64,000 bases of DNA, from IMG/VR virus record IMGVR_UViG_3300010340_000989, positions 32,001-96,000 of that record; one strand, given 5' to 3'. Numbering within the stretch: the stretch's first letter is position 1; every line of letters begins with the position of its first letter. The position numbers were made by a program, and so were the translations under genes. The notes below the pieces were generated by a model. It searched no databases. It saw only the letters and a list, made by a program, of their open reading frames with translations, and was not told where the DNA came from. This stretch comes from a virus. Its lineage: Duplodnaviria > Caudoviricetes. Of the stretch, positions 50,470 to 59,122 are shown piece by piece.

Positions 50470-50994
50470 ATGATTAAGGACTGGAAATTATTTTTAGAAT
50501 CAAATAACAGAGATCAAGAAATACTTGATAATATTAGGGATATTTTGTTGTCCTTAAATGATAGTTGTGACCTTATAAGAGTCTATATACCATCTTTTAT
50601 AGAAGAATTTGGCAGAGTTAAGGTTCATTTTATAATAGAAGGTAAAATAGGAATAGAAGAAATTCAAGTAATAAAACATTTAAATTCATATTTAGAAAGT
50701 GAAGAATTTAAATGTTCAATACCTAGAAGAGGAACAGATAATAGATTTAACCAGGCAGACTGGTTTAAAGAATTGAATGTTATTGTTCAAAGAAGAGAAG
50801 GTGGTGTATATAAATATTCTCTTAATGAAATAATAAGATTATTAAATATGGAAAATTCCATATTTAATAAAAAACCAGTATATAATTTAGTAAGAATTGA
50901 TTTTGCGTACTATGTACCAGATTATCTTAATGATGGAAATATTTTCCAAATTGGACAAGGAAAAGATTTAATAAGAAATAATATATATGGTTAA
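50470..50994 (+). CDS. Putative internal head protein, recent tandem paralog of 49953
   Basis: MIKDWKLFLES; near-identical 5' DNA. Confidence 0.65.
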   Translation: MIKDWKLFLESNNRDQEILDNIRDILLSLNDSCDLIRVYIPSFIEEFGRVKVHFIIEGKIGIEEIQVIKHLNSYLESEEFKCSIPRRGTDNRFNQADWFKELNVIVQRREGGVYKYSLNEIIRLLNMENSIFNKKPVYNLVRIDFAYYVPDYLNDGNIFQIGQGKDLIRNNIYG

Positions 50995-51475
50995 GAACTG
51001 GAAGTTATTTTTAGAAGCATTCGATCCATTCGAAGGAGATCCATTTAGAGAAGAAATTCTAAATAATGTTAATGATATATTATCTGGATTAAAAGATAAT
51101 GGATTTTATATTGATATCGTCTATGGATTTTCTTTCACTATAAATAATAAACTCTTAATTAACATAAAAGGTAAGGAATTTCCGTTTAGACCGGATGGTA
51201 TTGAATCATTATTTATATCATCAGATGATTTTCAATCAATAATACACTTAAACAACTATTTAATAAGTGAGGAGTTTGAACCTATTTCAAATAATATACT
51301 TAAAGAATTAGATATTAAATTTAACACATTTAAATCGGACAATCTAAACTCTGAAATGAAGAGAATGTCTTATCCAATTAGTAGATTGGAATATTCTTTA
51401 AAGAAAAATGGTATGAAAATTAATTTCATATATTTTGAATACATCCTACCAAAATTTGCTAAATTATTCAGATAA
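50987..51475 (+). CDS. Putative internal head protein (same family)
   Basis: MVKNWKLFLEA; HLNNYLISEEF. Confidence 0.65.
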   Translation: MVKNWKLFLEAFDPFEGDPFREEILNNVNDILSGLKDNGFYIDIVYGFSFTINNKLLINIKGKEFPFRPDGIESLFISSDDFQSIIHLNNYLISEEFEPISNNILKELDIKFNTFKSDNLNSEMKRMSYPISRLEYSLKKNGMKINFIYFEYILPKFAKLFR

Positions 51476-51491
51476 AAATATATTCAATTAA

Positions 51492-52244
51492 ATGATAGAT
51501 AGATTTAAAAACTTTCTAAAAAGAAAAAATAAAAATGAATTCGACTCTAAATCCACAAAGGATATTATAAACGATATAGTAACACCCTTAGAGGATATTA
51601 ATGGTGTTACTATTAACATATCACAAGGTAATGTGATTCAAAGTGATTCAAAATTATTTTTAGTTAAATATAATTTTCACTTAACAAGTGATGTAGATTT
51701 GGAAGAATTTAAAAATGAAATATTAAATTGTAAATCACATATTGAATCAGAGGATCTAGTTATGTATTTATCAATTTCAACAAGGAAAAATGGGAAAAAT
51801 ATCAGTTATGCTGGAAGAATAAATATTTATACAAATGATAGTTTCAAAAATTACAGACTTCAATCATATAATTTTCAAAATATTATTAATTTCCTAAATT
51901 TCTTGAAAATAAGTAATGATATATTTAGTAATATTAAAAATAAATACTCTATCGAAAACCATATAAGTGGTCTCGATGATATGATATATGTTCAAATAAC
52001 TAAAGGAATTAGAGACGGTGTGGAAATTCCATATAATTTTATAGAAATTAAAGATAATGTGCTAACTTTTTTAGATATGATAAAAAAACATAATTTAATA
52101 TTTAGATTAGCTTTCGTATCCGAAAATAACACAGGTGGGTTTTCTTCTGAAGAACCATCATATGATGATATAAAGAATGGATTATATGATAAAAGACAAG
52201 TAAGTATATTAACAATATACGAACAAACCATTTTAACCTCATAG
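51492..52244 (+). CDS. Hypothetical protein related to the same family
   Basis: MIDRFKNFL; DIINDIVTPLED; SHIESEDL. Confidence 0.6.
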   Translation: MIDRFKNFLKRKNKNEFDSKSTKDIINDIVTPLEDINGVTINISQGNVIQSDSKLFLVKYNFHLTSDVDLEEFKNEILNCKSHIESEDLVMYLSISTRKNGKNISYAGRINIYTNDSFKNYRLQSYNFQNIINFLNFLKISNDIFSNIKNKYSIENHISGLDDMIYVQITKGIRDGVEIPYNFIEIKDNVLTFLDMIKKHNLIFRLAFVSENNTGGFSSEEPSYDDIKNGLYDKRQVSILTIYEQTILTS

Positions 52245-52250
52245 AAAATA

Positions 52251-52281
52251 AAAAACCCCAGTTAAAGTAACTGGGGTTTTT
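52251..52281. terminator. Bidirectional intrinsic terminator
   Basis: AAAAACCCCAGTTA-AAG-TAACTGGGGTTTTT. Confidence 0.85.
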
Positions 52282-52282
52282 C

Positions 52283-52351
52283 TTAGTGTGTATTTTCTAT
52301 ACAAATTTGTTTTATCTTATTATTAGTTCTACCAAGAACCCGACCTTTCAT
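52283..52351 (-). pseudogene. Duplicated remnant of the VWA gene 3' end
   Basis: MKGRVLGRTNNKIKQICIENTH vs VKGRVL(IISVGTKVPI)GRTNNKVKQICIENTH at 54014. Confidence 0.8.
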
Positions 52352-52355
52352 TTTA

Positions 52356-52994
52356 TTACCATCCATCATTGGATATTTTTTTATACATTGATTTTATAAA
52401 TTCGTCTATAAGTGAAGTAGTTATTATATCTACATCTTTATAAACGTTTAATATAAATTTATTTTTCCATACATCCGACTTGTAAAATGTTTCTAAATTA
52501 TCATTAGACTTTATTGATCTAGAACGAATTTCACAATAAAAATCAGATATATCAATTTTACACTTACCATTTTTAATATAAATTTTTAAAGTGTGTCTGA
52601 TTATAGCATTTGTTTCATAATATCCATCTAAGTCATATACCCCTTTAACAATTATTAATCCATTTTCTTTATCATCCAATTGAATTACATCATTAGATGA
52701 TTTGTAGTTTTCTGTGATAAATATTTTTGATCTTAAATATATTTCTTCTGATTTAACTGAATCAAGATTCAATATTTTTTGATATAATATTTTTTTATTG
52801 GAAATGGGAAATTTTACAACTTCCCTATTAATTGTTGTTAGTGAATCATATTTAAAAAATGTGCTATAAAAATGATTGTTTTCTTTCTCTATATAATTTC
52901 CGGTTTTCGGTTTCAACCACTCTTTAAATTTACTCTCTTGTGAATAAGATAAAAATGGTAATAATAAAATAAGAATGAATAATAGTTTTTTCAT
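52356..52994 (-). CDS. Secreted DUF4468-like (TBP-like fold) protein
   Basis: Signal peptide; YKSSNDVIQLDDKENGLIIVKG; IKNGKCK. Confidence 0.7.
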   Translation of the reverse strand: MKKLLFILILLLPFLSYSQESKFKEWLKPKTGNYIEKENNHFYSTFFKYDSLTTINREVVKFPISNKKILYQKILNLDSVKSEEIYLRSKIFITENYKSSNDVIQLDDKENGLIIVKGVYDLDGYYETNAIIRHTLKIYIKNGKCKIDISDFYCEIRSRSIKSNDNLETFYKSDVWKNKFILNVYKDVDIITTSLIDEFIKSMYKKISNDGW

Positions 52995-53025
52995 AAAAGG
53001 AAGGACAGATTTTAATATATAGAAT

Positions 53026-53163
53026 ATGAGAAGGTGTAAATATAGGAATTGTTTAAATGAAATACAAGGAAGAGCAAATAAAAAGTTTTGTAAAATTCAA
53101 TGTAAAAGAAATGAATTGAAATATAAGCAAAGAGATAAAAATAAATTAAAGGATGATTTGTGA
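53026..53163 (+). CDS. Small Cys4 Zn-finger protein (not in ORF track)
   Basis: MRRCKYRNC...KKFCKIQCKR; TAATATATA at 53013-53021. Confidence 0.55.
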   Translation: MRRCKYRNCLNEIQGRANKKFCKIQCKRNELKYKQRDKNKLKDDL

Positions 53164-53980
53164 AATTTGTTTATTTGAAGTTAGAGACAGGAAACATTTA
53201 TCAATTCATATTTTACATTCACATCAAAATATGACATCAAAAACCTATTATGATGAATTTTTAAAAGTTAATGATGAGGATATATGTATAAATTGTGATA
53301 ATGTTGTTAAATTTGAAAATTTAAATTTGGGATATTTAAATAAGAAAAAAGAAAAGAAATTTTGTTCAGTATCTTGTGCTAAATTGTCACCTATGGTTAG
53401 TCAAAAACAAAAAGATACTTGTCTAAAAAAATATGGAAATAGTAATTTTAGAAATCCTGAAAAGAACAAAGAAACATGCTTATCTAGATATGGTGTAGAA
53501 AACGTTCTATGTAAAGGAACTATTTTCTCAGAAAAAAGGGATAATGTGATCCAAGAAAAGTATGGTGTGGTAAACATTTTCCAGGTTAAAGAAATTAGAG
53601 ATAGAATTAGAGAAAAAAGAAATAAAACTGGCGATTGGATAGATTACGAGAATGATAGATATTCAACTTATAAAGAATTCTATAGAATATCTTGGAATTA
53701 TTATAAGTCAGTAAAATTAAAATTTTTGGAAATGTGGAATGGATATGACTTTTATGATGGTGAATATATAAAAAATAATTTATTACTCGATTCAAACGAT
53801 GGTGATTATCCTTCTATAGATCATAAAATATCAATAAGAAAATGCTTTGATTTAAATAAATCCCCTATAGAAGCTTCTAATTTTGATAATCTTTGTGTTA
53901 CTAAAAGAAGATTAAATTCTTCTAAAAAGAATATTGATATTTTAATATTTCAAGATAAAATAAAAAACTCGTCCAATTAG
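53153..53980 (+). CDS. HNH homing endonuclease-like protein
   Basis: C2H2 finger, TCL.KYG repeats, SIDHKIS...NLCVTKRRLNSSK. Confidence 0.8.
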   Translation: MICEICLFEVRDRKHLSIHILHSHQNMTSKTYYDEFLKVNDEDICINCDNVVKFENLNLGYLNKKKEKKFCSVSCAKLSPMVSQKQKDTCLKKYGNSNFRNPEKNKETCLSRYGVENVLCKGTIFSEKRDNVIQEKYGVVNIFQVKEIRDRIREKRNKTGDWIDYENDRYSTYKEFYRISWNYYKSVKLKFLEMWNGYDFYDGEYIKNNLLLDSNDGDYPSIDHKISIRKCFDLNKSPIEASNFDNLCVTKRRLNSSKKNIDILIFQDKIKNSSN

Positions 53981-53990
53981 ACGAGTTTTT
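53963..53990. terminator. Bidirectional intrinsic terminator
   Basis: AAAAACTCGTC-CAATTA-GACGAGTTTTT. Confidence 0.8.
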
Positions 53991-54013
53991 TATTTCTGAA
54001 CTTTTTCGAACTA

Positions 54014-55591
54014 TTAATGTGTATTTTCTATACAGATTTGCTTTACTTTATTATTAGTCCTGCCGATTGGTACTTTTGTACCAACTGATATAATCAAAAC
54101 CCTTCCTTTGACTTTAGAAAAATCAAGATGATCGCAATAACCATCCGTGAGCAAAACCGTATTGAAATCATTATAATGATCAACTACATAATCAACAGAT
54201 GGTTGTAATACGGTACCTCCAAGACCATGAATTTTCATAGTTTCAAGTTTTTTCTTACTCTTGAAATTCTCAACCCATTTTACTTCGGTATCACCTTGAA
54301 TGAAGTTAATTTCAATATCATTACGATAAACATAAGAAAGAACTCTTTCAAATGTACCTTGACCACCCATTGATCCTGATGTATCAAGAATTACGTTTAC
54401 TTTACTCTTAATCTTACGATTACCTTTCAATCCTGGAATTTGACGACGATTTGGTTTAACAATTGTTTTATGTTTGATGTGTCCAAAAATCATATTAGAA
54501 ACAGAACGTTTGATTTCTTTCAAATAATCTTTACGTTGTTTACGAAGTTTGTTAAGAGTTGTCTCAACATTTCCAGCTGAAAGACCACGAGATGCAAGTC
54601 GATCCATTACGTCACGAACCATAGCCTCACGCATTTCTTCGGGTACATCATCTCCAATGTGTTTATCAAGGTATTCGCCAGTACCATTCTCCAAATCTTG
54701 GAAGATTTGATCAGTACTCCAAGTATCCATAGGATCTCCTTTACCAGCTGGATTTTTACCATAAGGCCCATATGATGGTTTACCAGACGCATCTTTACCA
54801 CCTTCATTACCAGTTCCACCACAGTCTGGACAAGACTCACCTTGGCCACCCCCACCATTACCGTTCTGACCTTGTCCCTGACCTTGACCTGGTTGTTGAC
54901 CTTGTCCCTGACCTTGACCTGGTTGTTGACCTTGACCTTGTCCCTGACCTTGAACTGGTTGTTGACCTTGACCTTGTCCCTGACCTTGACCTGGTTGTTG
55001 ACCTTGACCTGGTTGTTGACCTTGACCCGATTTATTATCTTTTTTACCAGTACCATTACAAGTTTGGCATTGTGAGTTCTTACATTTGCCTTCTTTTTGT
55101 TTCTTTTGAAACTTATCTTTCTCTTCTTTCAACCACTCATATAACTCCTCAAAGATAAGTTTGCCTGGATAATCTTTTGGAATGAATAAAGCCATGTTTT
55201 TACCATCTTTATTCTTAGGGATTTCTACGAAAGAATGTGAAATATCTTCCCAAATAACATGATTAATAATCATATCTTGAGCAATATTAGACAATTTATG
55301 TTCGTACTGACCAGTAATAGTTCTACGTGGGTGATTAAACAAAAGGTGAAAATCCTCATGTAGAGTAATGAAGTTTACTTCTTTTTGAGACATATCCTCA
55401 AGGAACTTTGGAGAGTAGAAGAAATTCATACCCTTTGAGGTTACATTTACCGCACAAGTTCCAATAGAGTCTTGCTCATGAAAACTAATGTGTAAGTTGA
55501 ATTCTCCATAATATGGAAGATTAACCTTTGTATCAATCAACATTGTCTGAATTGAATTCAGTAATTTCTCATGTATATTCTTTACTATCAT
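54014..55591 (-). CDS. DUF2201-type metallopeptidase + VWA domain protein (MoxR partner)
   Basis: HEDFH, NIAQD.IN, MIDAS DTSGSM, GLGGT, LTDGY. Confidence 0.88.
   Translation of the reverse strand: MIVKNIHEKLLNSIQTMLIDTKVNLPYYGEFNLHISFHEQDSIGTCAVNVTSKGMNFFYSPKFLEDMSQKEVNFITLHEDFHLLFNHPRRTITGQYEHKLSNIAQDMIINHVIWEDISHSFVEIPKNKDGKNMALFIPKDYPGKLIFEELYEWLKEEKDKFQKKQKEGKCKNSQCQTCNGTGKKDNKSGQGQQPGQGQQPGQGQGQGQGQQPVQGQGQGQGQQPGQGQGQGQQPGQGQGQGQNGNGGGGQGESCPDCGGTGNEGGKDASGKPSYGPYGKNPAGKGDPMDTWSTDQIFQDLENGTGEYLDKHIGDDVPEEMREAMVRDVMDRLASRGLSAGNVETTLNKLRKQRKDYLKEIKRSVSNMIFGHIKHKTIVKPNRRQIPGLKGNRKIKSKVNVILDTSGSMGGQGTFERVLSYVYRNDIEINFIQGDTEVKWVENFKSKKKLETMKIHGLGGTVLQPSVDYVVDHYNDFNTVLLTDGYCDHLDFSKVKGRVLIISVGTKVPIGRTNNKVKQICIENTH
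54866..55028 (-). repeat. Tandem Gly-Gln coding repeat
   Basis: GGTCAAGGTCAACAACCA / GGTCAAGGTCAGGGACAA units. Confidence 0.9.
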
Positions 55592-55609
55592 TTTCTTTTA
55601 TTATTTTTA

Positions 55610-55640
55610 CAAATATAGTTATAACTTACTAATAAACAAA
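55610..55640 (-). promoter_or_regulatory. Bacteroidota-type promoter
   Basis: TTTG-N19-TATATTTG. Confidence 0.7.
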
Positions 55641-55641
55641 A

Positions 55642-56115
55642 TTAATTATTCATTTCATCCAAAATGGATTGTAAATGTGTAGCAACCTTTATCGTTTTCA
55701 ACGATTGTTTAGTCTTCATTCTCTTATGAATCTCTTTATTAAAACGAGTAACTATTGTTTTAGTAAACTCATTTGGAAAAGGAATTTCTACAAATCCTGA
55801 TAATTCTTTATTATCATTTTTATACTCTACTAAAGAAATAGAATAAGTCTCGGTATTTGATGATTTACTTGGTCGAAGTATAATCAAATATTTTGAATTT
55901 TCAATATGAAAAACTTGATCTATATTACTTATTCTAAGTTCCGTAGTAGGTTCATTTATCATCCTCATACATATATCAAAAAGTGGTTTTTGAATCTCAT
56001 TCATAGTCACCTTTATATCCATAGTTTTAGCTGCTGTTTTAAACAATTTTCTAATTCTAACAGCTAGTCTACAGAATTTATACATAAACCATCTTTTAAC
56101 TGTTTTCTTTGTCAT
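55642..56115 (-). CDS. Hypothetical protein
   Basis: ORF 157 aa. Confidence 0.7.
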   Translation of the reverse strand: MTKKTVKRWFMYKFCRLAVRIRKLFKTAAKTMDIKVTMNEIQKPLFDICMRMINEPTTELRISNIDQVFHIENSKYLIILRPSKSSNTETYSISLVEYKNDNKELSGFVEIPFPNEFTKTIVTRFNKEIHKRMKTKQSLKTIKVATHLQSILDEMNN

Positions 56116-56120
56116 AAAAA

Positions 56121-57842
56121 TTATTTAATAATGTCTGTTGGTTCATTAAAGGTAATGAAATCCTTAAACTTTGTATCATTTTCAATATTCTCAATATGTT
56201 GTTTTGCAACATCTTTAATTCCGATTTCTTCAGCCATTTTTAAAATATCCTGTTTCATATCTGTCACATCTTGTGTCTTTTCTTCTTCTTTACTCTCATA
56301 AGAGTTAGATCCACTAACTCTATCAAATTCTGGATTTTGTTCAAATCCCATACGAATCATCTTATCAACTAATTGATGCCAAGTCATATCACCACGATAC
56401 TCGAACTCAGTAGGTGAAATCATAGTTACTTTACCCAGTAAATCAATTTTATTAATTTTTTGATAAACTTCTCGGTCAACTGATTTAGATTCATCAACTT
56501 GACCTTGTTTTTGAATCTTAATTGTATAATACCCTTTAGTCAACATTTGAATAACCACTGGTGTATTAAGTTTCAAAATAGGTGCAATTTTTTCAACAAC
56601 TGCAACCAAATTTTCATCTGGATCAATACCAGTTTTATTTTCTGTTGATACAAAGAAATCATAACCAATTGGTAATTCTTTTGGTTGTAATGAAATAAGA
56701 CGGCTATTTAGAACTTTCAAATCATCAGAAGATGATACGATTCTAGATTCAGCTTGTTTAACATCCATTTTCAACTTAGAGATTTCTTTCTCGGTCTTTT
56801 CAATACGGTTTTTTAGTTCTTCGACTTTTTCAGCATTCATTTTTTCAAATGACTCACGCATATATCGTTGAGACGCAGTTTCTTTTATTTCAGGAATTGA
56901 TTCTATAATTTCTTCATCAGATTCACCCTCAAATTCTCTTTTTAATTCTTCATCTGTTTCTGAACTAAAAAGAGCATTAAGGATAGACATTCCTGATTCA
57001 GAAACATCTGTTTGTTTCTGATTTTCTTTATCAAATAGTGAAAATAACATATCAATTGGTTTTTTGTGTTCTACTTCAAGGTAACAAGGCTTAGCATCTT
57101 CATCTTGAAAATTAAGACCAGCCACAACAAACTTTTGTGTATATCCAGTTACATCACGATCATCAATATCATCGATGAAACGTTGAATCATTTCTGGGGT
57201 TGAAAAGGTAGTATCCATTTCTTCAAAATTGATAGTTCCTTCATCACAAATAGTGATTTTAAAAATAGATCCTTCTAACATACCGGATAATTGTTCTCCT
57301 TTAATAAAGGCAACATTATTCAATAGTCGAATTCTCCCTTGAAGACCAGTAACAAAATTTAAAAATTTTCGTTTTGGTTTGTATTTACCAATAACCACTT
57401 CCTTATCCACCTCAGTTTGTTCATCAGTTTTATTCTTTTCATCAAGAATAACATAACCATCACCATCTAATTCAAGTGCATTAGATACTTTATCAATATT
57501 TTCTAAATTATTTTTAGAACTTAGAATTTCATCAATAGTTATCTTTGTTAATATATCAGTTTTAACTTCATCAGAAACCGCCCAACAATCTTCTCCTGTA
57601 ATTGGATCTTCAAAAATATCATTTTTCTCAGCAAATTCTTTTGCTTTTTCAAGCCATTTTGTAGTATTAAACTGATCAAAAAATTCTTGATCCTGAGGTT
57701 TAACATAGACATTCATGTTTCCGTCTTGTATATCTACTTGAAACATCAGTCCTTCAAGTAATCGTTCAGCGACTGAATATCCATCAAATTGTGCAGTTTT
57801 TATAGTCTTACCTGACTCTGTTTCGAAGTGTTTAAATTTCAT
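56121..57842 (-). CDS. Acidic coiled-coil hypothetical protein
   Basis: Coiled coil EKVEELKNRIEK...; duplicated LEG.(M/I)F module. Confidence 0.75.
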   Translation of the reverse strand: MKFKHFETESGKTIKTAQFDGYSVAERLLEGLMFQVDIQDGNMNVYVKPQDQEFFDQFNTTKWLEKAKEFAEKNDIFEDPITGEDCWAVSDEVKTDILTKITIDEILSSKNNLENIDKVSNALELDGDGYVILDEKNKTDEQTEVDKEVVIGKYKPKRKFLNFVTGLQGRIRLLNNVAFIKGEQLSGMLEGSIFKITICDEGTINFEEMDTTFSTPEMIQRFIDDIDDRDVTGYTQKFVVAGLNFQDEDAKPCYLEVEHKKPIDMLFSLFDKENQKQTDVSESGMSILNALFSSETDEELKREFEGESDEEIIESIPEIKETASQRYMRESFEKMNAEKVEELKNRIEKTEKEISKLKMDVKQAESRIVSSSDDLKVLNSRLISLQPKELPIGYDFFVSTENKTGIDPDENLVAVVEKIAPILKLNTPVVIQMLTKGYYTIKIQKQGQVDESKSVDREVYQKINKIDLLGKVTMISPTEFEYRGDMTWHQLVDKMIRMGFEQNPEFDRVSGSNSYESKEEEKTQDVTDMKQDILKMAEEIGIKDVAKQHIENIENDTKFKDFITFNEPTDIIK

Positions 57843-57860
57843 ATTAGAATTTTAGAAGTA

Positions 57861-57891
57861 CAAATATAGGTATAAAATCTTACTTATCAAA
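57861..57891 (-). promoter_or_regulatory. Bacteroidota-type promoter
   Basis: TTTG-N19-TATATTTG. Confidence 0.7.
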
Positions 57892-58251
57892 AATTTTGTT
57901 TAGTTTTAAATCTCTGACTTCATCTTTAGTATAAAGTTTTGGCAAAGATTCGCCATTATCGGTAACTCGATTATTATTGAGTCTTTCTTTAAAAAAATTC
58001 AAATCAGTATCTTCATTTGGCAAAGAACCATTATGTATTTTTAAAATATTTTTAATTTCATAAATGAATGGAGAAAAATTTTGACATACTGTTAAATCTT
58101 CTTCATCATGATTATCAATACAAGTCTCTAACAAAAAATATAACTCACTTTTTGAAAGTTCTTTCATTTTTTCTCTTTGATCAGAAACATTAAAGTTTTT
58201 ATAAATCTCAACAAACAATTGAGATACTATTAATTCATTTTTTTCGTACAT
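57880..58251 (-). CDS. Hypothetical protein with C-terminal tag
   Basis: ends KDEVRDLKLNKIFDK. Confidence 0.7.
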   Translation of the reverse strand: MYEKNELIVSQLFVEIYKNFNVSDQREKMKELSKSELYFLLETCIDNHDEEDLTVCQNFSPFIYEIKNILKIHNGSLPNEDTDLNFFKERLNNNRVTDNGESLPKLYTKDEVRDLKLNKIFDK

Positions 58252-58740
58252 TTATATTCCTAGTTTTGTTAATTGATATTCTCGATATTCTTGTTTCCCA
58301 ACAGATCCTAGCTCATAAGCTCTTCTGAAAAAAACTTCAAATAAATGTTCATGCCCCATTTCTTTTGCAGCCATTGCCCTATTTATACTCTTAAATTCAT
58401 CTGTAATACGATTGGCTTGTGTTTGAGCTAACATAATTTGCTTATCCTGATCGTTGGATTTAGAAATTATATCTTCAATTCGTTTGAAGTTTTTTTGAAT
58501 TTCACTTTTTGATTGTCCGTTGTATTTCATAGTTTTTGTTAAAAATACTTTTAAAAATAAATCAAAGCTTTTTTGTCCTCTTTCATTCTTATGACCAGAT
58601 TTATTAGTATGTTGTGATTTGATCCAAAACCAATTAAGCATTTCAAATTCATGTTTTATTTCATCTCTATTTTTCAAAAATATTTGATATTTTTTTATCT
58701 CGATATTCTTGTATAGATAATTTTTTTGAAATGTTGTCAA
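58252..58740 (-). CDS. Hypothetical protein with C-terminal tag (true start probably downstream)
   Basis: ends YREYQLTKLGI; annotated 5' end overlaps upstream gene by 74 nt. Confidence 0.6.
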   Translation of the reverse strand: MTTFQKNYLYKNIEIKKYQIFLKNRDEIKHEFEMLNWFWIKSQHTNKSGHKNERGQKSFDLFLKVFLTKTMKYNGQSKSEIQKNFKRIEDIISKSNDQDKQIMLAQTQANRITDEFKSINRAMAAKEMGHEHLFEVFFRRAYELGSVGKQEYREYQLTKLGI

Positions 58741-59062
58741 TTTTATCTATAGATTTTTGATCTGATGGTTTTAAAGAATTAAAATAAAAATTACACAAAT
58801 ATTCTCTAATACTCATCATAGGATCTATAAAATTATGTTCATAAATAGTCAAATTTAAATCCTTTGAACTTAGAGTTATCCAACCTTTACTTAAAGTCCA
58901 ACCCGTATCTATTTCTAATTTCCAAGTAACATAAAACTCAAATTTAACATCATCAATCACAATAGACATACAAACGTTATTGACCGGCTTCCAAATTACT
59001 CGACCATTTATAGTTTGTTCTGATAGATTTTCTATCATTATTTGTAGTGAATCTTTAATCAT
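58667..59062 (-). CDS. Hypothetical protein with C-terminal tag
   Basis: ends YRDKKISNIFEK. Confidence 0.7.
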   Translation of the reverse strand: MIKDSLQIMIENLSEQTINGRVIWKPVNNVCMSIVIDDVKFEFYVTWKLEIDTGWTLSKGWITLSSKDLNLTIYEHNFIDPMMSIREYLCNFYFNSLKPSDQKSIDKIDNISKKLSIQEYRDKKISNIFEK

Positions 59063-59122
59063 TATTTATATTTATAACTTCATGAAACATCATGATAACC
59101 TTAAAACATAAATATATAACAT

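Noticed and set aside
54607-55158. ORFs 54607..55056, 54772..55158, 54842..55075
   Set aside because: Alternative frames of the Gly-Gln repeat
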